Of a stretch of DNA of 64,000 nt, positions 34,601-45,230 are shown piece by piece. The DNA is taken from IMG/VR virus record IMGVR_UViG_3300032238_000944, positions 18,926 to 82,925 of that record. One strand, written 5' to 3'. The notes under the pieces were generated by a model. The model worked only from the letters and a program-made list of their open reading frames with translations, did not search any database and was not told where the DNA came from. The position numbers were made by a program, and so were the translations under genes. How positions within the stretch are numbered: the first letter of the stretch is position 1; every line of letters starts with the position of its first letter. Source of the DNA: a virus.

Positions 34601-37600
34601 ATCAATATGTTAATTTAATTTCAACTGGAACTGGAACTCATATTTTTAATTATCCAGAAATACAAATTAATATTCAAGGGAGTATTGGCGTATCTACTCT
34701 TTCTGGACAAGATTTTAATGCAATTTTAGAACCAATTTTTAGAGGAAAAATTAATTCTGTTCACGTATCTGTTGGCGGAAATTCTTACGGTTCTGAAGAT
34801 ATTCTAAATTATAATCGTCAACCATTGTTCACTTTAATTAATGGTTCTGGAGCTCAAGTTACTCCTGTCATTTCTAATGGAAAAATAGAACAAGTTTTTG
34901 TAGTAAATGGGGGAAGTGGATATAATTCTATTCCAAATTTAATTATTGATGGTGCAGGTTCAGGAGCATCTTTAATTCCGATTGTTTCAAATGGATCCTT
35001 AGTGGATGTAAAAGTTGTTTCTAAAGGAAATGGTTATTCATCATCAAATACTTCAATCAATGTAGTTTCTGCAGGATCTGAAGCTTTATTCGAGGCAAAA
35101 ATTAAATCTTGGAGAATTAATATAATTGAACGTCTTATAGATTCAAATTATATTACTGCTGATGATGGTATTGTCCATCGTTCTTTAAATGAATCTTATG
35201 GATTACAGTATACTCATGCATATTCTCCAAGAAAACTAAGATCTTCAGTATTGGCAACCAAATATAAGGATGGTTTGCCAATTTTTGTGCCAGATTTGCA
35301 AGTTTCTTCTGGTCTTGAAATAGCCTCTGATGCACATTCTCCAATTATTGGTTGGGCATATGATGGAAATCCAATTTATGGGCCATATGGATATACATCT
35401 CCTTCTGGCGGAACTGTTCGATCAATGGTTTCAGGTTATGAACTTTCTTTACAAGAGGGTCGTCCAAGCACCTCATTGTATCCAGTTGGATTCTTTATTG
35501 AAGATTATCAATTTAAAAATTCTGGAGATTTAGATGATCATAATGGAAGATTTTGTGTGACCCCAGAATATCCAAATGGAATTTATGCATATTTTCTTAC
35601 GATTAATCCTCTTGCAGCAGAATCGGTAGGACCATTTAAAGGATATAAAAAACCAACATTTCCATATGCAATTGGAAATCTATATAAATCAAAATTAATA
35701 GACTTTAATCTGTCAAAAAAATCTAATCAAGATGATATTGATATTAATGAAACCGGTTGGATTAGAAATACCACTCCATACAATTTAACCAATAATAGAA
35801 GTTATTATGATTATCTGATTGATCCAAATAAAATTAAAAAACAATTTTCTATAGTCAAAAATTCCACCAAAGGTGGAATCAATTCAATTGGAATATTGAC
35901 TGGTGGTAGAGATTATCAAGTTGGCGATGAAATTATTTTTGATAACACAGGATCTGGTGGTCAAGGATTAATTGCAAATGTTTCTAAAGTTTCTGGAAAA
36001 GAAATAACTCAAGTTAGTGTTGCAAATTCTACTTTATATAATGTCGAATTTGTTCCTTTAGCAAATCAAAATTACTTCGTTGGTTTTGCAACTTTGCCAC
36101 ATTTGTTTGCAAATAATGATTTGGTAACGATTAGTTCTTTATATGATTATCAAAAATCTGGAAATATAAAAGTTACAAGTAATGCTCTTACTTTAGTTTC
36201 TGGAATTGGTTCTGTTGGGTATACTGGATTAGTAACTTATTTAAATGTTCAAGGAAATTTAACATTCCCAAATATCAAAGAAAATGACATCTATCAAATT
36301 GGAAGTGAACAAGTAAAGATTTTAAACATTGATACATTATCTTCAAGAATTAAAGTACTTCGTAATCAAAACGGAACTACTGGATTAACTACATCTTCTG
36401 CTGGTATTGCTTTAACAGAAATTACAAGAAAACTTCAACTTACTTTTGGAATTTCAACATCTTATCAATTTGATTTAAATTCACAAATATATTTTGATCC
36501 TTCAGAATCTGTTGGATTAGGAACAACTTCTGGCCCAGGAATTGGATATACACTTTCTTTCACAAATCCTGGAGCAGGAATTACTCAGATCAATATTCCA
36601 ACTAGAGCAATTTATTTGCAAAATCATAATCTTCAAACAGGAACTCAATTAATCTATTCCTCAAATGGAGGAACTCCATTATCAGTTTCCACAAATGGAG
36701 TTTCTAGTTTTTCATTAGGTGAACAATCTATAGTATATGCTACTAAATTCACAAATGATCTGATTGGAATTTCTACAGTTAAAGTTGGTCTTGGATCCAC
36801 TGGAACTTATGTTGGAATTGGTAGTACAGCAGCAGCATTACTATACTTCACCAATGTGGGTGTTGGGAATACACATAATTTCAAAACAAATTATTCAAAT
36901 ATATTAAATGCAACTGTTAGTAAAAATATAGTAACAGTATCAACAGCATCTTCTCATGGACTGCAAACCGATGATATAGTAACAATTTCAGCGAAGGCTG
37001 AAGGAACAACTACTTCTGTAGTTGCATATGATGATTACAATAGAAGATTAGTAATTAATCCAACAAATTTTGTTGCAACTAATATCAATGTTGATGAAGA
37101 TACTATTGAAATTGATGATCACAAATATTTTACGGGACAAAAAGTTATTCATACTTCAAATTCTCCATCAGGAGGATTAATCAATGAAGCAATTTATTAT
37201 GTTGTAGTTGTTGATAACAATAAATTTAAATTATCAGAAACTTATTATGAAGCAACAAAAATAAATCCAAATGTTGTTGGAATTTCTTCAGCATCTACAG
37301 GAACAATTTCTTTAGTCAATCCACAAATTTTATTGACTAAGAACAATAATTTAATTTTTGATTTATCAGATTCTTCTTTATCATTTACAAAAAATTCGAT
37401 CAAATATTCTGCGTTTGAATTAGAATTTTATACCGATCCTTATTTCCAAAATATATTTAATTCATCATCTTCATCAAGTTCCTTCGAAGTTATTAGAACA
37501 GGCAACGTTGGAATAGATTCCTATGCAAAAGTTATTCTAAAAGCAAATGATTTTATTCCAAAAACTCTTTATTATAGATTAAATCCAATCGATCTTGCAA

Positions 37601-40600
37601 ATAATTTAGATGTTAAAAAAGAAATCATCATTGATGATGAAATTTTAGGAAATAGTCAAGTGGTATTGGTTGATAGTTTATATTCGGGAACTTATAAAAT
37701 TGCCGGAATTTCATCAACTCAATTTACTTATAATGTATTAAACAATCCAGAAGTATCTCAATACAATTCTGATGAAGCAAAATTATATTATTCTACAAAT
37801 TCTCCAACTGCTTATGGACCTATAAATTCAATTTCGATTAAATCTTCTGGAAGAAATTATCAAAAACTGCCACATATAACTAAAGTCGTTTCTGGATTGG
37901 GTACAGATGCAATTTTAACCGTATTTGGAGATAATGTTGGATCCATCAATAAAATTGAAATTCAAGATATTGGATTTGATTATCCATCAGATTTAAGTAT
38001 TAGAGCAACAGCAAAACTTCCAGAAGTCTTAAAAATTGAAACACTATCTTCATTTAAATCTATTGGGATTTCTTCAGTTGGCAAAAACTATATAATTGCT
38101 CCAAATTTAGTTGTTCTGGATGCGATTACAAATGAAGTTATTTCTGATGTCGATTTATCATATAAAGTTGGAGATTCTCAAGTATCTATTTTAAAAAATA
38201 CAAAAGGAATTAGTAGTGCAATTCCAACAATTATTCCAATAAACAATTGTAATGGAGTTGGAATCAGTACAATTAAATTTATTTCATCTTCAAAAGATGT
38301 AGTTGTAACATTAGGAGCTAGTTTTAGCAATCTATCGGATTTTCCATTTGAAATCGGAGATCGAGTACTTATCGAAAATATTAGTGTAGGAACTGCTTCT
38401 ACAGTAAAAGGATATAATTCTGAAAATTACAATTATGCTTTATTTACGATTGTAAACATTGATCCAAATATTGGTGGAATAGGAGCTACTATATCGTACA
38501 ATATTTCAAACTATATTTCATCATCAGAAATTCCTGGAACTTATGATCCAGTAAATTCTTATGGCAGAATTATTCCAGAAAAACATTTCCCAATCTTTAA
38601 TATTGAACTTAAAAGAAATCAATTTTTTATTGGTGAAAATGTTATATCTTCATCTGCAGATGGAATTGTTCAAAACTTTGATGAAATTAATGGATATTTA
38701 AAAGTTTCAACTAATAAAGATTTTGTAATTGGAGAAACTATTGTTGGAGAATCTTCTTTTACTGAAGCAAAAATTGAAAACATTATCAAATTCAATAGTG
38801 TTTATTCAACCAAAGCATTTTCTATTGTTAAAGAGGGATGGAAAAGAGAAACCGGATTCTTAAATAATAGTCTACAAAGAATTCACGACAATGATTATTA
38901 TCAGTATTTTTCATATTCATTAAAATCAGCAATTCCTTTTGATACTTGGAATAGTGCCGTAAGTGATCTGAATCATACTGCAGGTTTTAAAAAATTTAGT
39001 GATTTAATTATTGAAAATGGAGATCTTTCTTCTGGTATTGCAACATCTCAGGATAATGGAGATTTTACTGGAGTTGTAGATTATTCTTCGTTTATTGATT
39101 TAAATTGTTATTCAGACTTTGACTTAGCTACAGAAAATAATTTAATGCTGAATGGCAACATCAAATCAAATGAAATAATTTTTAATTCTACAATCGTTCA
39201 AGATTATTTTGAATCTATTGGTAACAGAGTTCTTATGATTGATGATCTAAGTACTCAATTCAATAGTAGTCCCAGAACTACTAATTTTAGTATTGTTGAT
39301 CAATTTTCTGTAGATACTTATGGTCTAGATACCATTAGATTTAGAAAATATATTTCATTAGTAATAGATAGAATTTATACTTATCAAAGACAAACATCTT
39401 TAATATCTCTTTTACATGATGGAACGTTTGGATATTTGAATCAATATGCGACAGTTTATAGTGATACTGATTTGGGATCGTTTGATTTTTCAATTTCTGG
39501 TACGCAAGCAAACTTCTTATTTTATCCATTTTACAGTTCAATTAATAACTATGATGTTAGTTTGGCATCATATGATCTTTATGATTCTATAAGTGGTATT
39601 GGATCAGTATCTATTGGAAATATTGCAAAAATTCAAACCTCTACAAAAACTATTTCAATAGGATCAACTTCAGCATCGACTATTGTTGGAATTGCTTCTA
39701 CTTATAGAGCATCAAAAGTTTTAGTTCTTTTAGAGGCTTCAGATAAATCGTGGTTTGGAATTGATGAGTTAACAACAATTCATGATGGAACAAATGTCAA
39801 TTTGCTTGAATATGGCCAACTCTCGACAAATAATTTAAATCCTTATGAATCTGCTGGATTAGGAACTTATAGTGCTTATATTTCTGGATCTAATTTAAAC
39901 ATTGATTTGACACCTTATTCTGGATTGTCCACGAATTTTTATATTAATGCACTTGCAGTTTCTATTGGCAGCACACTATCTACAACAGCAGGAAATCAAG
40001 CAATTACTGATTCTGTTCTGAGTACTTCAATTACTTCAATTGCATCTTCTACATCTCCAACACAAAATTTAGTATCAACTTATACTAATGAATCTTGTGC
40101 ATATTATATTGCAGTTGTAGAAGATACTGTCAATAACAAGCATCAGATATCAGAATTGATGTCAATTACTAATGGGACTGATTGTGGGTTAACTGAATTT
40201 GGTATTGTTGAAACATCTTCTTCTTTAGGTGAATTTTCAATTAGCATATCTGGTTCCGATACAAATCTTTATTTCACTCCAATAGCAAATGTTGGCGTTA
40301 CAGTTCGTGTTTTTCAACATTCATTAAACAATCAACACAACCTAACTTTACCATCAACTATTAATTTAATTAATGGCGAAATTGATTCTGGTTTTGGTTC
40401 CTATGAAGGAACTGATTTAGATGTTAGAAAATCTTTCAATTTAACTTATAAACAACATCCAATTTTTGAAAGATATTTTGATGGAAGCAATTCATCAATT
40501 GTAGATGTTACAAACAATGACATTAAAATTCCATCCAACTTCTTTGTAACTGGAGAAGAAATCGTTTATTCTCATATTGGTGCAGGAAGTTCAAATGCAA

Positions 40601-43600
40601 TCGGAATTACTACTACAACAATTGTTGGAATTGGAACAACAGATAAACTTCCAGAAAAACTTTATGTTGTCAAAAAGAATGATTTATCAATTCAAGTTGC
40701 AGCTTCAGCTTCAGAGGCATTAAAGTCAGTTCCATCAGTATTAACACTTTCAAGTGTTGGTATTGGCACATCACATGTATTCCGTGCTAAAAATCAAAAT
40801 GCAAAATCACTAATTGCAATTGATAATTTAATTCAATCTCCAATTGTTGCAACTTCAGTAACTACAACTTTATCAAATAATGTATCATTATCTGATAGTC
40901 TAATTACAGTTTCCGGAATAACTTCATTCTCAGGTGGAGATTTAATTAAAATTGATAATGAAATTATGAGAATTACTGCAGTTGGTTATGGCGCAACTAA
41001 TGTCATTCAAATTTTCAGACCTTATATGGGTACTGGAATTTCAACTCATGGTGCAGGAAGTGTTGTTTATAAAGTTCTTGGTTCATATAATATTGTTAAT
41101 AATGTTATTAATTTTGTTGACGCACCATACGGGAAAGTTCCTTTTCCAAATCCATCAACTCGTGCAGATGAACAAGATTATGTTGGATTAGAAACATCAT
41201 CTACTTTTGATGGAAGAATTTTCTTAAAATCTGGAACTCCTAACACTGTTCAAGAACCTTATTATAGAAATTATATTTTTGATGATATATCATATAATTT
41301 CAGTGGAATTAAAACGGATTTTATTCTGAAATCAAATGGATCGGATATTACTGGAATTTCAACAAGTAATGCAATTGTTTTAATTAATAATATATTCCAA
41401 AGCCCAGCAAGAAACACTGCAGTTAATATTTCTGGAGATTATTCGATTAAAGAATCTTCTGGAATTAGTACAATCAGTTTTGTTGGGTCAGCAACATCAA
41501 TTTCATCAAAAGATGTTAATACAGCAGCATTTCCTCGTGGGGGTGTAATTGTTTCGGTAGCATCCACACCAGGATTTGGATATCAACCATTAGTTGCTGC
41601 TGGAGGAACCGCAACTGTTTCTATTGCGGGAACAATTTCTGCAATTAGTATTGGAAATAGTGGTTCTGGATATAGATCTGGAGTTCAAACTGTTAGAGTT
41701 GGTGTAGCGACATCATCAACGGGAATTCAAAATATTACTTATATTGGTATTGCTTCAATCGGTACAACAACTAATCAAGGTCGTATTGTAAGTATTGCAA
41801 TCACTAACCCAGGAACTGGATTTACTTCTACAAATCCACCATATGTCATTTTTGATTCTCCATTATCGTATTCAAATATTCCACTAATTTATAGTTCTTC
41901 GTCAAGAAGTGGAGTTGGAACAGCAGCATATGTTGATATTGTTGTTGGCCAAGGATCAAGCGTAACTAATTTTGAAATTAGAAATACTGGGTATTCTTAT
42001 GGGCAAGGAGAAATTTTAACCTTTGCATCTGGAGGCACATCTGGAATTCCAACAAATACAAGTTTAACATTCAAAGAATTCCAACTTACAGTAGATCAAA
42101 TTTATAATGATAGTTTTGCTGGGTGGACAATTGGAGATCTTCAAGTTTTTGATATTATTGACCAATTATTTGATGGACAACAACAAGCTTTCCCACTTTC
42201 AATTGATGGTTTACAAACTACGATCAAATCTAAAAAAGGATCTAATATTGATGTTCAAGCAACGCTTTTAGTGTTTATTAATGATGTTCTTCAAGTTCCT
42301 GGTCAAGGTTACATATTCACTGGCGGCAGTATTATCAGATTCCCAGAACCACCTAAACAAGGAGATACTTGCAAAATTATTTTCTATAAGGGAAATAGTG
42401 AAATTGATGTTGTATTTGTTGATGTTCTTGATAATATTAAAGTTGGAGATGATTTAACCTTATATTCGCAAAATACTGCATTCAATGAAAATCAAAGATT
42501 GGTTACTCAAATTAAATCTTCTGATAGTGTTTTGACCAATTTGTATTCGGGTCCAGGAATCAGTGAAGATCCATTTTTAGAAAGATCTGTTACCTGGTGT
42601 AAACAAAGTGAAGATATGATAATTGATGGGCAACAGGTTGGAAAAGATAGAGTTCTTTATGAACCTTTAATTCAACCAACCACAAATATTATTCAAAGTG
42701 TAGGAATTAGTTCTAATGTAATCTTTGTTGAAAGTGTTAAAACTTTCTTTGACAACTCGAAAGAATATACGACAATAGATAAATTACCTAAGAAAATAAC
42801 TCTCATTTCTCAAGACATAAGAGTTGCAGCAGCTGCAACGGCTATTGTTTCTATTGCAGGAACAATTAGTTCAATTGCTATTTCTGATGGCGGCGTCGGT
42901 TATTCAACTACACCATCAGTGACAATTGCAAGTGCAGTTGGATTTGGAACTACTCAAAGAGCAGCTGCGGCTGCAACTTTAACAGGAGATTATGTATCTT
43001 CAATCTCAATTACAAATCCTGGGACTGGATATACTACAACAAATCCACCGCAAGTTTTGATTGAGTCTCCATCTCCAAAAATAGAAGTAATTACAAATGC
43101 AAGTTATGAAGGTGATTTTGGAGTTATCACTGGGATTAAAACAACTTCTGTCGGAGTTGCTTCAACTGGAATTATCTTTGATTTCTTCATTCCCAAAAAT
43201 TCTTTCTTAAGAGACTTAAGTGTAAATTCTGTAGGAATTGCAACTACGGGAGTAAGCGGAATTCAAACTGGTTATTATTTCGTAGTATCAAATTCAAATG
43301 TTGGTAGAGGAATTACTTCACTTTATCAAAATGGATCTGTAGTTGGATTTGGTAGTACTTTCATAGATAACATCTATGAAGTTGCTGCAGTTTCAATTGC
43401 ACAAACAAGCGTAACTGGAGTTGGTTTAACTTATGTTGCAAAAGTAACTGTAAGTGTTGCCAATTATAATGGATTGACTGGTCTTGGATTTAGTAATTTT
43501 TATGGCGAATATAGTTGGGGTAGGATTACTAATATAACAAGAAGCAATCCAAAATCATTTACGATTTATAATACTGGACTTTCTGGAATTTCTACTTCAC

Positions 43601-43650
43601 CTATAGTCCAAAGATATAATCCCCTTAAGTATCGTAATTACTATACATAA
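31612..43650 (+). CDS. gp7: Giant baseplate wedge initiator (gp7-like)
   Basis: Lies between gp6 and gp8; KDFYSTKGT..FKILFRALYG; DNDYYQYFSYSLKS..HTAGFKKFSD. Confidence 0.8.
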   Translation: MTETRVKISQVVDSQLPNFIKEEFPLVSEFLSQYYLSLEYQSGPSDLFQNIDQYVKVDTLANLTDSTTLSSDITFGDSTISVESTYGFPNSYGLLLIDGEIITYTSKTSTAFQGCIRGFSGVTSYNDPTTPDQLIFTESDSADHTSGSTVSNLSILFLKEFFNKVKKQVSPGFESRKLYSGLNEALFVKQSKDFYSTKGTDNSFKILFRALYGVDVEVIKPRDYLIQPSDAQYRITKDLAVQALSGNPLDLLNKTFYQDQIGSINKAEGTISNVQKINRGSKDYYIISVDYDYDKDITVSGTVTGEFSIHPITQLVTNASIGDTTLDVDSTVGFPSSGELVIDLSNGSSLTVNYTSKSLNQFFGCSGITQTISEKQELRLNVFAYGYSGNTTDDIVKVRITGVLSDLSIPTKNYYYEKNDLIQVKTLGIDLKDPKSNNWFFNISTRYDVKSIALLDQSDYTYRVTLYDPHTFNVGDSIVLISSTNQEFFGSIIEENIDLTSSSNVISFQNTTSFDIKGQGPLNVNLFYTIKKNILKVNSSNHPELNKYSADIQNLYSDLNDSLYVAAPSLPNYINLPISIDDRSITFSGTFEGTDLQIGTHGLYTGDAIVYNPEGESNKLDMLKGIYFVKKVDETTIKLARSKQNIFSENFVSVASTTISNNQFYFYNFSDSNLNLKTVQTQKLIRKLSPAVEDSFDYETLPGTTGIFINGVELLNYKSDDVVYYGEIKTISPTAPGKGYDIVNPPILSIQDNIGSGAAAYCSVIGNLERINIVDPGFDYLQEPVITISGGNGSGAKVKANLIEFDHSAEFNSIASALQVDLSNDTIGFSSYHKFRDSEKVIYSSEGQTDVGGLYSGAFYFVSVQDAYTIKLHKTFDDSAVGINTINLTSYGTGNHKFLSINKKKKIGSISVIDSGSNYQNKKLTASVSGINTASNTIFVREHGLQSGEIVTYDYTETPIEGLSQSSYYVTKVSNDEFKLSELGTGTYSEDFYYKTNQYVNLISTGTGTHIFNYPEIQINIQGSIGVSTLSGQDFNAILEPIFRGKINSVHVSVGGNSYGSEDILNYNRQPLFTLINGSGAQVTPVISNGKIEQVFVVNGGSGYNSIPNLIIDGAGSGASLIPIVSNGSLVDVKVVSKGNGYSSSNTSINVVSAGSEALFEAKIKSWRINIIERLIDSNYITADDGIVHRSLNESYGLQYTHAYSPRKLRSSVLATKYKDGLPIFVPDLQVSSGLEIASDAHSPIIGWAYDGNPIYGPYGYTSPSGGTVRSMVSGYELSLQEGRPSTSLYPVGFFIEDYQFKNSGDLDDHNGRFCVTPEYPNGIYAYFLTINPLAAESVGPFKGYKKPTFPYAIGNLYKSKLIDFNLSKKSNQDDIDINETGWIRNTTPYNLTNNRSYYDYLIDPNKIKKQFSIVKNSTKGGINSIGILTGGRDYQVGDEIIFDNTGSGGQGLIANVSKVSGKEITQVSVANSTLYNVEFVPLANQNYFVGFATLPHLFANNDLVTISSLYDYQKSGNIKVTSNALTLVSGIGSVGYTGLVTYLNVQGNLTFPNIKENDIYQIGSEQVKILNIDTLSSRIKVLRNQNGTTGLTTSSAGIALTEITRKLQLTFGISTSYQFDLNSQIYFDPSESVGLGTTSGPGIGYTLSFTNPGAGITQINIPTRAIYLQNHNLQTGTQLIYSSNGGTPLSVSTNGVSSFSLGEQSIVYATKFTNDLIGISTVKVGLGSTGTYVGIGSTAAALLYFTNVGVGNTHNFKTNYSNILNATVSKNIVTVSTASSHGLQTDDIVTISAKAEGTTTSVVAYDDYNRRLVINPTNFVATNINVDEDTIEIDDHKYFTGQKVIHTSNSPSGGLINEAIYYVVVVDNNKFKLSETYYEATKINPNVVGISSASTGTISLVNPQILLTKNNNLIFDLSDSSLSFTKNSIKYSAFELEFYTDPYFQNIFNSSSSSSSFEVIRTGNVGIDSYAKVILKANDFIPKTLYYRLNPIDLANNLDVKKEIIIDDEILGNSQVVLVDSLYSGTYKIAGISSTQFTYNVLNNPEVSQYNSDEAKLYYSTNSPTAYGPINSISIKSSGRNYQKLPHITKVVSGLGTDAILTVFGDNVGSINKIEIQDIGFDYPSDLSIRATAKLPEVLKIETLSSFKSIGISSVGKNYIIAPNLVVLDAITNEVISDVDLSYKVGDSQVSILKNTKGISSAIPTIIPINNCNGVGISTIKFISSSKDVVVTLGASFSNLSDFPFEIGDRVLIENISVGTASTVKGYNSENYNYALFTIVNIDPNIGGIGATISYNISNYISSSEIPGTYDPVNSYGRIIPEKHFPIFNIELKRNQFFIGENVISSSADGIVQNFDEINGYLKVSTNKDFVIGETIVGESSFTEAKIENIIKFNSVYSTKAFSIVKEGWKRETGFLNNSLQRIHDNDYYQYFSYSLKSAIPFDTWNSAVSDLNHTAGFKKFSDLIIENGDLSSGIATSQDNGDFTGVVDYSSFIDLNCYSDFDLATENNLMLNGNIKSNEIIFNSTIVQDYFESIGNRVLMIDDLSTQFNSSPRTTNFSIVDQFSVDTYGLDTIRFRKYISLVIDRIYTYQRQTSLISLLHDGTFGYLNQYATVYSDTDLGSFDFSISGTQANFLFYPFYSSINNYDVSLASYDLYDSISGIGSVSIGNIAKIQTSTKTISIGSTSASTIVGIASTYRASKVLVLLEASDKSWFGIDELTTIHDGTNVNLLEYGQLSTNNLNPYESAGLGTYSAYISGSNLNIDLTPYSGLSTNFYINALAVSIGSTLSTTAGNQAITDSVLSTSITSIASSTSPTQNLVSTYTNESCAYYIAVVEDTVNNKHQISELMSITNGTDCGLTEFGIVETSSSLGEFSISISGSDTNLYFTPIANVGVTVRVFQHSLNNQHNLTLPSTINLINGEIDSGFGSYEGTDLDVRKSFNLTYKQHPIFERYFDGSNSSIVDVTNNDIKIPSNFFVTGEEIVYSHIGAGSSNAIGITTTTIVGIGTTDKLPEKLYVVKKNDLSIQVAASASEALKSVPSVLTLSSVGIGTSHVFRAKNQNAKSLIAIDNLIQSPIVATSVTTTLSNNVSLSDSLITVSGITSFSGGDLIKIDNEIMRITAVGYGATNVIQIFRPYMGTGISTHGAGSVVYKVLGSYNIVNNVINFVDAPYGKVPFPNPSTRADEQDYVGLETSSTFDGRIFLKSGTPNTVQEPYYRNYIFDDISYNFSGIKTDFILKSNGSDITGISTSNAIVLINNIFQSPARNTAVNISGDYSIKESSGISTISFVGSATSISSKDVNTAAFPRGGVIVSVASTPGFGYQPLVAAGGTATVSIAGTISAISIGNSGSGYRSGVQTVRVGVATSSTGIQNITYIGIASIGTTTNQGRIVSIAITNPGTGFTSTNPPYVIFDSPLSYSNIPLIYSSSSRSGVGTAAYVDIVVGQGSSVTNFEIRNTGYSYGQGEILTFASGGTSGIPTNTSLTFKEFQLTVDQIYNDSFAGWTIGDLQVFDIIDQLFDGQQQAFPLSIDGLQTTIKSKKGSNIDVQATLLVFINDVLQVPGQGYIFTGGSIIRFPEPPKQGDTCKIIFYKGNSEIDVVFVDVLDNIKVGDDLTLYSQNTAFNENQRLVTQIKSSDSVLTNLYSGPGISEDPFLERSVTWCKQSEDMIIDGQQVGKDRVLYEPLIQPTTNIIQSVGISSNVIFVESVKTFFDNSKEYTTIDKLPKKITLISQDIRVAAAATAIVSIAGTISSIAISDGGVGYSTTPSVTIASAVGFGTTQRAAAAATLTGDYVSSISITNPGTGYTTTNPPQVLIESPSPKIEVITNASYEGDFGVITGIKTTSVGVASTGIIFDFFIPKNSFLRDLSVNSVGIATTGVSGIQTGYYFVVSNSNVGRGITSLYQNGSVVGFGSTFIDNIYEVAAVSIAQTSVTGVGLTYVAKVTVSVANYNGLTGLGFSNFYGEYSWGRITNITRSNPKSFTIYNTGLSGISTSPIVQRYNPLKYRNYYT

Positions 43651-43670
43651 ATAGATAAAAAAACGGCAAA

Positions 43671-45224
43671 ATGTCAGCAATTATAACTGATCAACTAAGA
43701 ATTTTGAATGCGAAGAACTTTGTTGCTGCAGCAACTTCTTCCACTAATGCATATTATACTTTTGTTGGTCTACCCAATGCAACTGATTATTCTTCCAGCT
43801 GGGATTCAAATCCACCTGCACCAAAAGATAGTTTTGATCAAGAAAATGATTATTGGGATACTACTATTGCATTAAAAAAAATTAAAGCAGATGACGTAAA
43901 ACAAGTAGTTAAGAAAAATACTTGGTTATCTGGAACAACTTATGATATGTATCGTCATGATATTAGTAGAACCAATACTTCAAAACCTTCTGGAGCTACA
44001 CATTTATACTCTGCAAATTATTATGTTGTAAATAGCGATTATAAAGTTTATATTTGTATTTGTAATGGCACTGATCCCGAAAATCCTGAAGGAAAACCTT
44101 CATTAGATGAGCCAACTTTTACAGATCTCGAACCAAGATCTGCTGGCAATAGTGGAGATGGATATCTTTGGAAATATCTTTACACAATTAAACCTAGCGA
44201 TATTGTAAAATTTGATTCTATTAATTTTATGCCAGTCCCTAAAGACTGGGAAAATAATTCTACAGATTCTGCCGTAAGAAATAATGCTGCAACAAGTGGA
44301 CAACTTAAAGTTGCAGTAATTACAAATCGTGGAGTAGGAATTGGTACTGCCAATAAAACTTATAGTAGAGTTCCGATCAAAGGTGATGGATCTGGAGCTG
44401 AAGCCACAATTGTTGTAAATAATGATTCTAAAGTAGAATCAATAACTATTTCTAATGGGGGATCTGGATATACTTATGGATCTGTAGATTTGGTTGCTGG
44501 AAATATTCCAACTGCAACAACAAATCCATCTTTTGACGTAATTATTCCACCTAAAGGCGGACACGGTGCTGACATCTATAGAGAACTTGGTGCTTATAAT
44601 GTTTTAATTTATTCAAGGATTGAGAATGATAATCAAAATCCAGATTTTATAATCGGAAATCAAATTGCAAGAGTTGGAATCGTTGAAAATCCTCAAGCAT
44701 ATTCTTCAACTTCATTATTGGGTTTAGATAAAGCAAGTGCTGTGTATGCATTAAAACTTACTGGAGTTGGATATAGTGCTGCCACATTTGTAGGTGATAG
44801 TAGGATTACGCAAACAATTGGAATAGGATCTACATCTGTTGGCAGAGTGATTTCTTATGATCAAAATACTGGAGTATTAAAATATTGGCAAGATAGGAGT
44901 TTGGTTGGATTTAACACCGATGGAACTCAAAATACTTCACCAACATATGGATTTAGATTAAATCAATTTACATCAGTACCAGGTGTTGGTGGTACAACAA
45001 TTATTCAAGGTGGTAGTACCAATTTGTCAATTGATACTGGATTTAGTGGTCTATCAACGTCAATAAATAGTAAGACATATTACCTTGGTCAATCTTTTAC
45101 TAGTGGTGTTGCAAATCCAGAAGTTAAAAAATATTCTGGAAATATAATTTACGTTGATAATAGACCTTCGATTACTAGGTCAACAAACCAAAAAGAAGAT
45201 ATTAAAGTCATTTTGCAATTTTAA
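43671..45224 (+). CDS. gp8: Baseplate wedge subunit gp8
   Basis: MSAIITDQLRILNA, YDMYRHD, YKVYICI, DGYLWKYLY; CATAAATA 43646. Confidence 0.9.
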   Translation: MSAIITDQLRILNAKNFVAAATSSTNAYYTFVGLPNATDYSSSWDSNPPAPKDSFDQENDYWDTTIALKKIKADDVKQVVKKNTWLSGTTYDMYRHDISRTNTSKPSGATHLYSANYYVVNSDYKVYICICNGTDPENPEGKPSLDEPTFTDLEPRSAGNSGDGYLWKYLYTIKPSDIVKFDSINFMPVPKDWENNSTDSAVRNNAATSGQLKVAVITNRGVGIGTANKTYSRVPIKGDGSGAEATIVVNNDSKVESITISNGGSGYTYGSVDLVAGNIPTATTNPSFDVIIPPKGGHGADIYRELGAYNVLIYSRIENDNQNPDFIIGNQIARVGIVENPQAYSSTSLLGLDKASAVYALKLTGVGYSAATFVGDSRITQTIGIGSTSVGRVISYDQNTGVLKYWQDRSLVGFNTDGTQNTSPTYGFRLNQFTSVPGVGGTTIIQGGSTNLSIDTGFSGLSTSINSKTYYLGQSFTSGVANPEVKKYSGNIIYVDNRPSITRSTNQKEDIKVILQF

Positions 45225-45230
45225 CGAGTC

